Shown one piece after another: positions 39,667-49,065 of a stretch of DNA of 64,000 nucleotides. The translations under genes and the position numbers were made by a program. Under the pieces are notes generated by a model. That model did not search any database and was not told the origin of the DNA. It worked only from the letters and a program-made list of their open reading frames with translations. Source of the DNA: Alphaproteobacteria bacterium (GTDB lineage: Bacteria; Pseudomonadota; Alphaproteobacteria; Rs-D84); contig SUUL01000004.1 in assembly GCA_015062545.1 (NCBI GenBank), forward strand, positions 5,881 to 69,880, written 5' to 3'. The stretch's first letter is position 1; the number at the start of each line of letters is the position of its first letter.

Positions 39667-41409
39667 ATGTCGGTCAGGGTCTTGCCAGATTTTTTGATAA
39701 ATCAAATCGCTGCGGGCGAAGTGGTGGAACGTCCCGCCAGTGTGGTCAAAGAATTGGTGGAAAATGCGCTGGATGCGGGGGCAGACCAGATAATAATAGA
39801 TGTGGTTGATGGCGGACGTACGGCAATAACAATTATTGATAATGGCGGGGGAATGGTGCGCGATGATTTGGTGCGCGCAATTACCAGGCATGCGACTTCT
39901 AAATTACCAACAGATGATTTGTTAAATATTAATTTTATGGGTTTTCGTGGCGAAGCGTTGCCGTCTATTGCATCTGTGTCAGATATGTATATTGATACTT
40001 TTAATGTGGCAGAAGAACATGGTTGGCAAATTGATGCAAATTCTGGTGATGTAAAGCCGTCTGACTGGGAAAGCGGTACGCGTATTCGTGTGCAGAACTT
40101 GTTCGCCAAAACGCCTGCACGATTAAAGTTTTTGCGTGGCGACAAGGCTGAATTAATTTCAGTGTTAGAAGTGGTAAAACGTTTGGCCATGGCGCGACCT
40201 GATGTTGGGTTTGTGCTGAATAACAAATGGCGGTTTCCAAAAAATCAAGATTTGGCAGAACGTATCGTGGCGGTTATGGGTGATGATGTGCGGGGGCGGA
40301 TGCTGGAAATCAATGCCGTATCGCGTAGTAATACGGAAATGAAGTTAACAGGATTTGTGTCAGAGCCAACATTGCGGCGCGCATCATCTGTGGATCAATA
40401 TTTGTTTGTAAATAATCGTCCTGTCAAAGACAAGGTTTTGGTAGGTGCGTTGCGCGGGGCATATATGGATGTTATGCATGCGCGTGAATTTCCATTGTGT
40501 GCGCTGTATTTAACACTGCCACCACAATTTGTTGATGTTAATGTGTCGCCCGCCAAGACCGAAGTACATTTCTTGGAACCATCGCACGTTCGTTCATTTA
40601 TCATAAAAACAATTCGTGACAGGTTGGCGCAGACCATGATGGAATCTGTGGAGAATGTCGAACAAAGTAGTGTTAGTGCAATTTCAAATAATGTTGTTCG
40701 GGCGGAACCTGTTAAATTTGATTTTGGTATCAAGGCCGATTCTTTCAAGGTCAGAGATTTTGTCGCACCAATTCAAACCGGATATGTGCCACCTGTGGAA
40801 AGTTTGAAAATATTGGCAGAACCGATACGGGAAGAAGAAGTTGAATTGCCGTTGGGACGGGTTGTCGGACAGGTGGCCAATAAATACATCGTGGCGCAAC
40901 GTGGGGATGATATGATAATTGTTGATCAGCATGCGGCGCATGAACGTATAACCTATGAAAAGTTGCGTACAAATAAAATTAAAACTCAACCATTGTTGAC
41001 ACCGATTGTTGTGAATCTGCGTACAGAAGATGTTATGGCGGTTGTGTCAATCGCAGATGAATTAAAACAGTCTGGTTTGCATGTTGGTGAATTTGGTGAA
41101 GATGCAGTTGCGATATTTGAAAAACCATCTGATTGGGATATGGATTGGCCGGATGTGTTGCGTCAAATTGCAGACGAAGTGCGCGCCAATGGACATTCGT
41201 CTGGACTGAATGAAAAATTGCATCTGAAATTGGCAAATTACGCATGTCATCATTCTGTGCGGGCGGGGCAAAAGTTAGATATGTTGCAGATGGATACACT
41301 GTTGCGTGATATAGAAAAAACAGAACGCGCGGGGCAGTGTAATCATGGACGACCCGTGTATAAAATTATACCAATATCTGAAATAGATACATGGTTTGAA
41401 CGGTTGTAA
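39667..41409 (+). CDS. mutL: DNA mismatch repair protein MutL
   Basis: NQIAAGEVVERPASVVKELVEN, GFRGEAL, DQHAAHER, CNHGRP. Confidence 0.97.
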   Translation: MSVRVLPDFLINQIAAGEVVERPASVVKELVENALDAGADQIIIDVVDGGRTAITIIDNGGGMVRDDLVRAITRHATSKLPTDDLLNINFMGFRGEALPSIASVSDMYIDTFNVAEEHGWQIDANSGDVKPSDWESGTRIRVQNLFAKTPARLKFLRGDKAELISVLEVVKRLAMARPDVGFVLNNKWRFPKNQDLAERIVAVMGDDVRGRMLEINAVSRSNTEMKLTGFVSEPTLRRASSVDQYLFVNNRPVKDKVLVGALRGAYMDVMHAREFPLCALYLTLPPQFVDVNVSPAKTEVHFLEPSHVRSFIIKTIRDRLAQTMMESVENVEQSSVSAISNNVVRAEPVKFDFGIKADSFKVRDFVAPIQTGYVPPVESLKILAEPIREEEVELPLGRVVGQVANKYIVAQRGDDMIIVDQHAAHERITYEKLRTNKIKTQPLLTPIVVNLRTEDVMAVVSIADELKQSGLHVGEFGEDAVAIFEKPSDWDMDWPDVLRQIADEVRANGHSSGLNEKLHLKLANYACHHSVRAGQKLDMLQMDTLLRDIEKTERAGQCNHGRPVYKIIPISEIDTWFERL

Positions 41410-41515
41410 AAAGCCTTGGGTGGGGCGTTTTTTATAAATGGTTTTTTTCTTTATTTTCCCTTTACAATACTGGGTTTTTTTACTATTGTTCTTGTATTAA
41501 GACAAGGAGAAATAC

Positions 41516-41827
41516 ATGGAACAGACAGCACAAGTTGTAGATACGGTTGTACAAACGACCCCAATGCCTGCGCAGAATGGATTTTGGGGAATGGTTTTGT
41601 ATTGCGTTATTGCATTTGGAATAATTTACTTTTTTATGGTGCGCCCAAATAAAAAACGTATGGCGGAATATCAAAAAATGCTGGATTCCCTGCAGGTTGG
41701 TAATCGGGTAATGGCCGCAGGTATTTATGGTGTTGTTAAAAAAGTAAATGAAAAAACGATAGATTTGGAAGTTGCCAAAGGCGTTGTTATAGAAGTTAAT
41801 AAAAACGCCGTGGCGTTGGTAGAATAA
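41516..41827 (+). CDS. yajC: preprotein translocase subunit YajC
   Basis: YFFMVRPNKKR...SLQVGNRV..AGIYG; upstream of secD. Confidence 0.92.
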   Translation: MEQTAQVVDTVVQTTPMPAQNGFWGMVLYCVIAFGIIYFFMVRPNKKRMAEYQKMLDSLQVGNRVMAAGIYGVVKKVNEKTIDLEVAKGVVIEVNKNAVALVE

Positions 41828-41843
41828 GTAAGGGGTTTTGATT

Positions 41844-43397
41844 ATGTTTAAGAAATTGGCGATAATTTTTGTTGCGGTATTTTGTGTGTTGTTGGCTGTG
41901 CCAACGATGTCGCCAAAGTTGGCACCGTATTTTCCGTCTTGGGTGCATCCTGTGTCTTTGGGATTAGACTTGAAGGGCGGGGCGCAGTTGTTGTTAGAAG
42001 TTGATACAACAACTATGTTTCAAGAAAAAACAGAACAGTTATATGATGAAACGCGTAGCGCATTGATTGATAGAAACAAGGGGGTTATTCGTTTTTCTAA
42101 TCTGCGTAATCATGATGGTGTTGTGTCGCTGGTGGTGCGTGATGAAAACGAGGTTGGTGATGCCAAGGGCCGCTTGAAAAGCGTGTTTGGAAATACGGTT
42201 GATATTAAATCAGATGGAAAAACAATAGAATTATCTTATTCTGAAAAACAGCGTGCGGAAATGATTAATGATGCCTTGGCGCGCAGTATTGAAATCGTGC
42301 GCCGCCGTATTGATGCGCTGGGGACAAAAGAACCTGCAATCCAAAGCCAGGGGGGTAAGTATATCATGGTACAGTTGCCTGGTGTTGATAATCCAGAACG
42401 TATCAAGGACTTAATCGGTCAGACTGCAAAAATGACTTTCCATTTGGTGAATGAGAATGTGTCGCCAGAACAGATTGCGTCTGGACGTGCACCAAGTGGT
42501 ACGGAATTTTTGCCTTATATTGATGCGCCAGGGCAGGTGATTCCTGTGTATTCCCATGTGGAAGTTTCAGGGGAATCTTTGAAAGATTCACAGGCGGATT
42601 TTGACCAGAATAATATGCCTGTTGTGTCAACTGTGTTTGATGCATCTGGGGCGCGTAGATTTGCAAAATTGACCACGGAACATGTCAATGAAAGATTTGC
42701 GATTGTTTTGGACGGCAAGGTATTGTCTGCGCCAGTTATTCGCGAGCCAATCCCAGGTGGTCGTGGACAGATTTCTGGGGGCTTTACATTGCAGGGCGCA
42801 AAAGATTTGGCTGTGTTGTTGCGCAGTGGCGCATTGCCGGCACCTTTGCAGGTTATTGAAGAACGCGTTGTTGGCGCGGGTTTGGGTGCTGATACCATCG
42901 CACAAGGCAAGGTGGGTGCTGTGGCTGGGGTAATCTTTATCTTCTTGTTCTTGTTTATGGTTTATCGCCTCTTTGGTGTTCTGGCAGGGGTTGCGTTGGT
43001 TGTAAACTTGGGCATGATTGTTGGGTTGACAGCATTGTTTGGTGCAACACTGACATTGCCAGGTATTGCGGGTATTGTGCTGACCTTGGGGATGGCGGTG
43101 GACGCAAATGTGTTGCCGTTTGAACGTATCCGAGATGAAGTCAAGGCGGGTGTTCCAACGTTACGTGCGGTTAATATCGGGTTTGATCGTGCAATGAAGA
43201 CAGTTTTGGACGGAAACTTGACTACGTTGATTGCGGCATTGGTGTTGTTCCAATTTGGTGCAGGTCCAATTCGTGGTTTTGCGGTTACGTTATCAATCGG
43301 TATCTTAACAACGTTGTTTACCTGTGTATGGTTTTCTAGGTTGTTGATAGATTGGTATATGGGTGGCAAAAATAAAAAGATTGGTTTTATTAAATAA
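41844..43397 (+). CDS. secD: protein translocase subunit SecD
   Basis: LGLDLKGG, RRIDALG, LRSGALPA, TLPGIAG, GMAVDANV. Confidence 0.97.
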   Translation: MFKKLAIIFVAVFCVLLAVPTMSPKLAPYFPSWVHPVSLGLDLKGGAQLLLEVDTTTMFQEKTEQLYDETRSALIDRNKGVIRFSNLRNHDGVVSLVVRDENEVGDAKGRLKSVFGNTVDIKSDGKTIELSYSEKQRAEMINDALARSIEIVRRRIDALGTKEPAIQSQGGKYIMVQLPGVDNPERIKDLIGQTAKMTFHLVNENVSPEQIASGRAPSGTEFLPYIDAPGQVIPVYSHVEVSGESLKDSQADFDQNNMPVVSTVFDASGARRFAKLTTEHVNERFAIVLDGKVLSAPVIREPIPGGRGQISGGFTLQGAKDLAVLLRSGALPAPLQVIEERVVGAGLGADTIAQGKVGAVAGVIFIFLFLFMVYRLFGVLAGVALVVNLGMIVGLTALFGATLTLPGIAGIVLTLGMAVDANVLPFERIRDEVKAGVPTLRAVNIGFDRAMKTVLDGNLTTLIAALVLFQFGAGPIRGFAVTLSIGILTTLFTCVWFSRLLIDWYMGGKNKKIGFIK

Positions 43398-43421
43398 GAA
43401 TGCAAAAAAAGGGGTAGTGTT

Positions 43422-44285
43422 ATGAAACTGCATTTTATGAAATATCGCAAAATTGCATATGTGATTTCTGCAGCGTTGGTATTATTGTCTGTATTGTCGT
43501 TGGTTTTCCGTGGGTTGAATTATGGTATTGATTTTGCAGGCGGTATTTCAATGGAGGTAAAACCCATTGTTGAAAATTATGGAATTGAACAAATGCGTGA
43601 TGCGTTAAGTGAATTCAATCCAGAATTGCAAGAGGTTGATGGTAATGCAATCTTGTTGCGCGTGGGACTGCCCAAGGGATCAACAGATGCACAACAAAAT
43701 GAACGTGTCGGCGAAATTAAAAATATTTTGGGTGACAATGTTCAATATTCACAAGTCCAGATTGTTGGACCAAAAATCGGTGGCGAATTAATTCGTGGTG
43801 GTATTTTGGCGATATTGTTCGCGTTTATAATGATGGCGGTCTATGTTTGGATTCGGTACAAGGGCGGATATGCCATTGGTGCGTTTGGTTCGTTGTTCTT
43901 GGACTTTGTGTTGATGTTTGGTTTTTATTCCTGGACAGGTTTGGAATTTAATCAGACATCTATTGCAGTTATCTTGACCGCCATTGGGTATTCTATTAAT
44001 GACAAGGTTGTAAACTATGACCGAATTGAAGAGAATATTAAAAAGTATCATAAAATGCCAATGGCAGATTTGATTGATTTGTCCGTAAATGAAATGTTGC
44101 GCAGAACAATGTTAACCAGTGTTTCAACCCTGTTGGCAATGGTTGGTTTGTTCTTGTTCGGTGGGCAGATGTTGCGTGAATTTGCAATCGCAATGGGCTT
44201 CTCTATTATAATGGGAACATTCACCAGTATCTATATCTCGAATATGATTCTGTATAACTTTAATTTGCGTGATTCAGATAAATAG
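43422..44285 (+). CDS. secF: protein translocase subunit SecF
   Basis: GIDFAGG, VGPKIG, GYSINDKVVNYDRI, RTMLTS. Confidence 0.95.
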   Translation: MKLHFMKYRKIAYVISAALVLLSVLSLVFRGLNYGIDFAGGISMEVKPIVENYGIEQMRDALSEFNPELQEVDGNAILLRVGLPKGSTDAQQNERVGEIKNILGDNVQYSQVQIVGPKIGGELIRGGILAILFAFIMMAVYVWIRYKGGYAIGAFGSLFLDFVLMFGFYSWTGLEFNQTSIAVILTAIGYSINDKVVNYDRIEENIKKYHKMPMADLIDLSVNEMLRRTMLTSVSTLLAMVGLFLFGGQMLREFAIAMGFSIIMGTFTSIYISNMILYNFNLRDSDK

Positions 44286-44324
44286 TTGAACGACAGGCAT
44301 CGCAAGAAACGGGGGGAAAGGCAT

Positions 44325-45830
44325 ATGAAGATAAATAAATTCTTGGTATGGTTAATGTTGGCCGTGGGGGCGATGCCTGCAAGTGCAAACAGTTTGTTCT
44401 TTGAAGAAGAACCGGTGCAAGGTGGGCTGCATGTGTTTGATATGTCAAATACATTTGCAGAGATTTATCAGAAGTTAAATGGAATAAACTGGGCTGGAAA
44501 AAATCTTAATATTGCTGTGGAAAGTTTGGAAAATTTACATAAATCTGCCCATGTGGCGGCCACAGACGAGCGTGTGGTTTTGGTATGGGATGATACGATT
44601 GTTGCAAATTTTCCGCGTCCCAGTGATGGTGACTGGTATGGTTTTGGTGAAATTACCACTGCGTTAGTGTTGAAAATGCGCGAACAAGATGCCGCTTTGC
44701 GTTCTTTGTCAGAAAGCGGTGTGTATCAAGCCGTTGTGGATGGTTTGGTGCGGGGAATTGATGAAAATGGGCGGTATATTTATTCACAGGCTGCAGAAGT
44801 TGCGGAAGATGGGCGCTTGCTGACCAGTGTTGGTTTGGAAGGCGCGCGTGATGAACGCGGAAATTTTCGCGTGTCTGCTATTTATAAAGGCGCGCCAGCA
44901 GATATTGCAGGGGTCAGCGCAGGGGACTTGATTGTGCAAATTAATGGACGTGCCGTTGCGGATATGTCTGATGTGGAATTAGCACAGGTTATGCGTGGGT
45001 TTAATTCGGGAACATCAAAAGTAAAATTGTTGACACCGGCGGGGGGTAAAGATGTGGTGCTGCGGCGTGCGTCAGTTGTGTTGGCAGATGCGGATATTAT
45101 TCATCGCAGTAACCCAAAGTCGGGTGGATTGATTGAGATAGTTGTTCATAAAATATCTGATGGTGCGGTTAATATTATTAACGAGGCTTTGGCGCGTTAT
45201 TCAGATGCAGATGGTGTAATATTGGATTTGCGTGCCGCGGTTGGTGATGATGAAAGGGCGGCTGCAAAGTTGGGTGGTTTGTTTATGGGGCAGGTGCCGT
45301 TGATGCGTATTGTTGAAACAGCGCGTGATGAAGTGGAAATTGTTCCTGGTGGTAATGCGGTGACGGATGTGCCTGTGGTGGTTTTGATGTCTAATATGAC
45401 ACGTGGTACAGCCGAAGCGTTGGCGGCGGCGTTTTATGAAAATGCGCGTGGTGTGTTGGTTGGAACACCGACCGCGGGCAGTGCGCGCACCGCAACGCGT
45501 ATTGATTTAGATAATGGTGGCGCATTGGTGTTGTTGAATAAATCTATTAAAACGGGGTTGGGAAATAAATTAGACGGTCGCGGAATTTTCCCAATCGTCT
45601 GTCTGTCTAATATTCGTTCGCAACAACAGCAAGATGTATTCTTTTTGAATGTTATCAACAGTAATTTTAATGCGCGTGATTTTAATCGTGAACCGGATAT
45701 TGATGTGGCGGCTGTGCGCCGTGGGTGTCCAGTAATTACCAGTGGAACAGATGAAGATGCGGTTGCGATGGCTGTGTCTGCCAAGATTTTAACTGATAAA
45801 AAAGTCTATAATAATCTGCTGGCAGAATAA
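44325..45830 (+). CDS. PDZ-containing S41 (CtpA-like) protein, catalytic residues apparently altered
   Basis: signal peptide; PDZ (GAPADIAGVSAGDLIVQING); ILDLR; PVVVLMSNMTRGTAE; VGTPTAGSA. Confidence 0.75.
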   Translation: MKINKFLVWLMLAVGAMPASANSLFFEEEPVQGGLHVFDMSNTFAEIYQKLNGINWAGKNLNIAVESLENLHKSAHVAATDERVVLVWDDTIVANFPRPSDGDWYGFGEITTALVLKMREQDAALRSLSESGVYQAVVDGLVRGIDENGRYIYSQAAEVAEDGRLLTSVGLEGARDERGNFRVSAIYKGAPADIAGVSAGDLIVQINGRAVADMSDVELAQVMRGFNSGTSKVKLLTPAGGKDVVLRRASVVLADADIIHRSNPKSGGLIEIVVHKISDGAVNIINEALARYSDADGVILDLRAAVGDDERAAAKLGGLFMGQVPLMRIVETARDEVEIVPGGNAVTDVPVVVLMSNMTRGTAEALAAAFYENARGVLVGTPTAGSARTATRIDLDNGGALVLLNKSIKTGLGNKLDGRGIFPIVCLSNIRSQQQQDVFFLNVINSNFNARDFNREPDIDVAAVRRGCPVITSGTDEDAVAMAVSAKILTDKKVYNNLLAE

Positions 45831-45849
45831 ATAATTTTGGGGGTGTGAC

Positions 45850-46539
45850 ATGTTTTTGACATCGGACAATAAAATTCAATGGCGTAAAATGGGGTGGGGC
45901 GCGATTGTTACTTGTGCGCTGGTGCTGATGGGGATTTTCTGGTTTGATAAACCTGTGTTTATGTTTTTGCGCAATTTTGATTGTGGCGCGTTTCATGTTC
46001 TTGCAAAAATCTTTGCACCAAAATTGTGGATTTTAGCATCTTTTGTGGTGGCAGTGGTTTTTTGTACAAAAAAGTGCGTAAAAACAGATTGTAGTTTCTT
46101 GGATTTTAGAAACAAGGGCAGCTTGAAAACGTATCTGTTGAATTTCTTTGTAAAAACAAAGGGTAGTAATGCATTTTTGATATTTTATAGCGTTTTGTCT
46201 GCAGGGGTTTTAGTGAAGTTGTTAAAAGTGTTTATTGGGCGTGCCCGTCCGATATTTTATGAGGCCTTGGATATGACCGGGTTCTTTCCGCCATCGTTTG
46301 ATTGGGCATTTAATTCGATGCCGTCTGGACATACCGCGGTCAGTTTTGCAGGTCTGGTAATGATTGGCATGTTGGCACCAAAATTCAAGCCACTGACATG
46401 GACGTTGGCAATCTTGATAGGGGTGTCGCGTGTGGCAGTTGGCGCGCATTGGCCCAGTGATGTTATTTTTGGTGCATTTTTGGGTATGGTCGTGGCAGAT
46501 ATTATTAAATGGTATATGTTGCGAAAAAGTGAAAAATAA
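45850..46539 (+). CDS. PAP2 family phosphatase
   Basis: KVFIGRARP, SMPSGH, SRVAVGAHWPSDV. Confidence 0.92.
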   Translation: MFLTSDNKIQWRKMGWGAIVTCALVLMGIFWFDKPVFMFLRNFDCGAFHVLAKIFAPKLWILASFVVAVVFCTKKCVKTDCSFLDFRNKGSLKTYLLNFFVKTKGSNAFLIFYSVLSAGVLVKLLKVFIGRARPIFYEALDMTGFFPPSFDWAFNSMPSGHTAVSFAGLVMIGMLAPKFKPLTWTLAILIGVSRVAVGAHWPSDVIFGAFLGMVVADIIKWYMLRKSEK

Positions 46540-46600
46540 ACCATGGGCGATGAAATATCGCCTGTTTTTTTTGCTAAAATTGTGATAAAATACATCTGTT

Positions 46601-48883
46601 ATGGCAAAGAAATCAACTTTTTTACCGGGCAGTATATCAGATGCTTTGCGGTCAATGTCCAGCCGATTGGTGGGGGTGTTGATTTTTCTGATTGGTGGAT
46701 GGGCGACATGTGCGTTGTTGTTTTATAATCCGTATTTAGATGGATTTGGTGTGGCCAGTACGTTGGGTGGTCAGTCTGTGATGGGATGGATTGTTGGATG
46801 TATCCGTTATGGTGTTGGTGCGGTGCCGGCATTGTTTCTGTTTTTGTGTGTGATGCGATTCGGTTTTGTGAAGTTGGTTGGATTGCATGGTGATTATGCG
46901 CCAGAATATGATTTCTTGCGTGGGTTTATTGCATTGTGTTTGGGGGCGGTTGGATTGGGCTTGATGTCGCCAAATGCATCTTATGGCGGGCTGTTTGGTG
47001 CGATTGCGGCGGCGGATTTGATGGCGCTGATGGGTAATGTTGCAATTATTGTTGGAATTTTTTCTTTTGTTGGTTTTTTGTGGATGGCGGGCAGCTTGTT
47101 GCATGTGCGTTTGTCGCATTTGCGGTGGGCAATGCGCTTGATGTACAAGTGGTTGCGCGTTATTGCCGCGGCGTTCAGATTGACAGATATGACCCCTGCC
47201 CAAGTGTTGGCAGAATCTGATGATGAAGAAGATATAGAAGAAGACGAAGAGATTGGGGAAGATGAAGAAGAGGCTTCAGAAGAAAAGCCAAAGCGCAGTT
47301 TGCTGGGACGTAAAAACCAAAAGAAAGTGGCGGGTGCTGTGGCCGCGGTTGCCACGCCAAAGCGTGCGCGCGCGGGAACGCAATTCAAATTGCCAGATCC
47401 GAAAATGTTGGAAAAGTCAAATTTCAGTAAATATTCTGTAACACCAGAATTAAAGCAAAATGCCCGCAGTATGGAAGTGAAATTTGCGCAATATGGTGTG
47501 CGTGGCAAGGTGGTTGGAATCAAGCCTGGGCCAATCGTTACTTTGTATGAATTTATGCCAGATGATGGTACGCGTATGGCGGATGTTAATAAAACTGTAA
47601 CAGATATGACGCGCGCGATGGCAACAGAAAGTATTCGTATCGCACATATTCCACGTACACAATTAATTGGTGTAGAAATGGTGAACTTAACCCGTCAAAC
47701 TGTGCGTTATCGTGGTCTGATGGAAAATCCGCTGTTTGTGGAATCTAAATATAAAATACCATTGGCGTTGGGGGTTGATATTGGTGGCAATCCAATGTTC
47801 TTTGATTTGGCGAAAATGCCGCACATGCTGGTTGCAGGGCGTACAGGGTCTGGTAAGTCTGTGTTTGTACAATCAATTATTACGTCTATTGTGTATCACT
47901 TTACACCAGACAAGTGTAAACTGATTATTATTGACCCAAAGGGTGTTGACTTTGGTTTTTGGGATGATATTCCACATTTAATCACACCGATTGTTAAGTT
48001 AGAACCAGAGCCGGCTGTAAATGCTTTGAAATGGGCGGTGCGTGAAATGGAAGAACGTTATAAACAATTACAGGTTCTGAATGCGCGCAATATTGAAAGT
48101 TATAATGAAATTGCAGCGCAGAAACGCGAGGCTGGTGAAAAAATTACTAAACAAGTCGCAGTTGGTACAGACGAAGAAACCGGGGAATTATTATTTGAAA
48201 CCCAAGAAGTAGATTTGTCAGATATGCCATATATGGTCATTATTATTGACGAGGTTGCGGATTTGATGAGTTTGGCGCGTAAAGACGTAGAAGCCTGTGT
48301 GCAACGTATTGCACAAAAGGCACGTGCGGCGGGTATTCACTTGGTTATGGCGACCCAGCGTCCAGACGCAACAACAATTACAGGTGTTATCAAGGCAAAT
48401 TTCCCAACGCGTATTTCTTTCCAGGCGCGCAGCCGTATTGATAGTGTGACATGTCTGGGTGAAGGCGGGGCAGAGCAGTTATTGGCAATGGGTGACATGT
48501 TATTCAGCGAGGCCGGCCGCGTTCCTGTGCGTATCCATGGTGCGTTTATCGATGACAATGAATTGAAACGTATTGGTGATTTCTTGCGCAGTCAAGGCGC
48601 GCCAGAATATGCCGAAGGCGTTACGGATTCTGCCGATGGTGGCATGGGGGGTGGCGATATTGCCGGCATCCCAGGGGCGATTGGTGGTGCGTCTGGGGAT
48701 AAAGATGCGGATTTATATGCGCGCGCCAAAGAATGTGTTTTGCGTGATAAAAAACCGACAATTTCTTATATTCAGCGCCGTTTACAAATTGGCTATAACA
48801 AGGCTGCAGGCTTTATGGAACGCATGGAAGAAGATGGTATTGTGTCTGCGCCTGATGCAAATAACAAACGTCACATCCTGTAA
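46601..48883 (+). CDS. ftsK: DNA translocase FtsK
   Basis: N-terminal TMs, PHMLVAGRTGSGKS, IIDEVADLM, ATQRP, gamma domain IQRRLQIGYNKA. Confidence 0.96.
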   Translation: MAKKSTFLPGSISDALRSMSSRLVGVLIFLIGGWATCALLFYNPYLDGFGVASTLGGQSVMGWIVGCIRYGVGAVPALFLFLCVMRFGFVKLVGLHGDYAPEYDFLRGFIALCLGAVGLGLMSPNASYGGLFGAIAAADLMALMGNVAIIVGIFSFVGFLWMAGSLLHVRLSHLRWAMRLMYKWLRVIAAAFRLTDMTPAQVLAESDDEEDIEEDEEIGEDEEEASEEKPKRSLLGRKNQKKVAGAVAAVATPKRARAGTQFKLPDPKMLEKSNFSKYSVTPELKQNARSMEVKFAQYGVRGKVVGIKPGPIVTLYEFMPDDGTRMADVNKTVTDMTRAMATESIRIAHIPRTQLIGVEMVNLTRQTVRYRGLMENPLFVESKYKIPLALGVDIGGNPMFFDLAKMPHMLVAGRTGSGKSVFVQSIITSIVYHFTPDKCKLIIIDPKGVDFGFWDDIPHLITPIVKLEPEPAVNALKWAVREMEERYKQLQVLNARNIESYNEIAAQKREAGEKITKQVAVGTDEETGELLFETQEVDLSDMPYMVIIIDEVADLMSLARKDVEACVQRIAQKARAAGIHLVMATQRPDATTITGVIKANFPTRISFQARSRIDSVTCLGEGGAEQLLAMGDMLFSEAGRVPVRIHGAFIDDNELKRIGDFLRSQGAPEYAEGVTDSADGGMGGGDIAGIPGAIGGASGDKDADLYARAKECVLRDKKPTISYIQRRLQIGYNKAAGFMERMEEDGIVSAPDANNKRHIL

Positions 48884-48985
48884 ATTAAATATAATAATTC
48901 ATCTACAAGCGGTGCCGGCAATTCATGTAGCGTCTGTACACTACATTGCCGGCACTACTTGTATCTAAATCATTATCTTTAATTT
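48882..48985 (-). repeat. 104-bp hairpin element, full copy 2
   Basis: same arms and core as copy 1; 17-bp stem caagcggtgccggcaat/attgccggcactacttg; overlaps the ftsK stop. Confidence 0.93.
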
Positions 48986-49065
48986 ACTGCATTTCTGGGT
49001 GTGGGTATAATTTTTACTTTTATATAAATCTTTTTTATGTTAGAATAAGTTACATTAGAGAGAGT

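Noticed and set aside
48906-48961. Copy-2 stem as a guide matching 48659, 42832 or 55690
   Set aside because: Matches are only 10-12 nt and centre on the common palindrome TGCCGGCA; not significant.
48882-48985. Ordinary rho-independent terminator
   Set aside because: Far longer than the window's real terminators, conserved arms and core, no separate U-tract, and mismatch pattern favours the antisense strand; a secondary terminator role is not excluded.
48946-49065. Upstream start of the 741-aa ORF
   Set aside because: Begins inside the repeat element; the signal peptide starts at ATG 49066.
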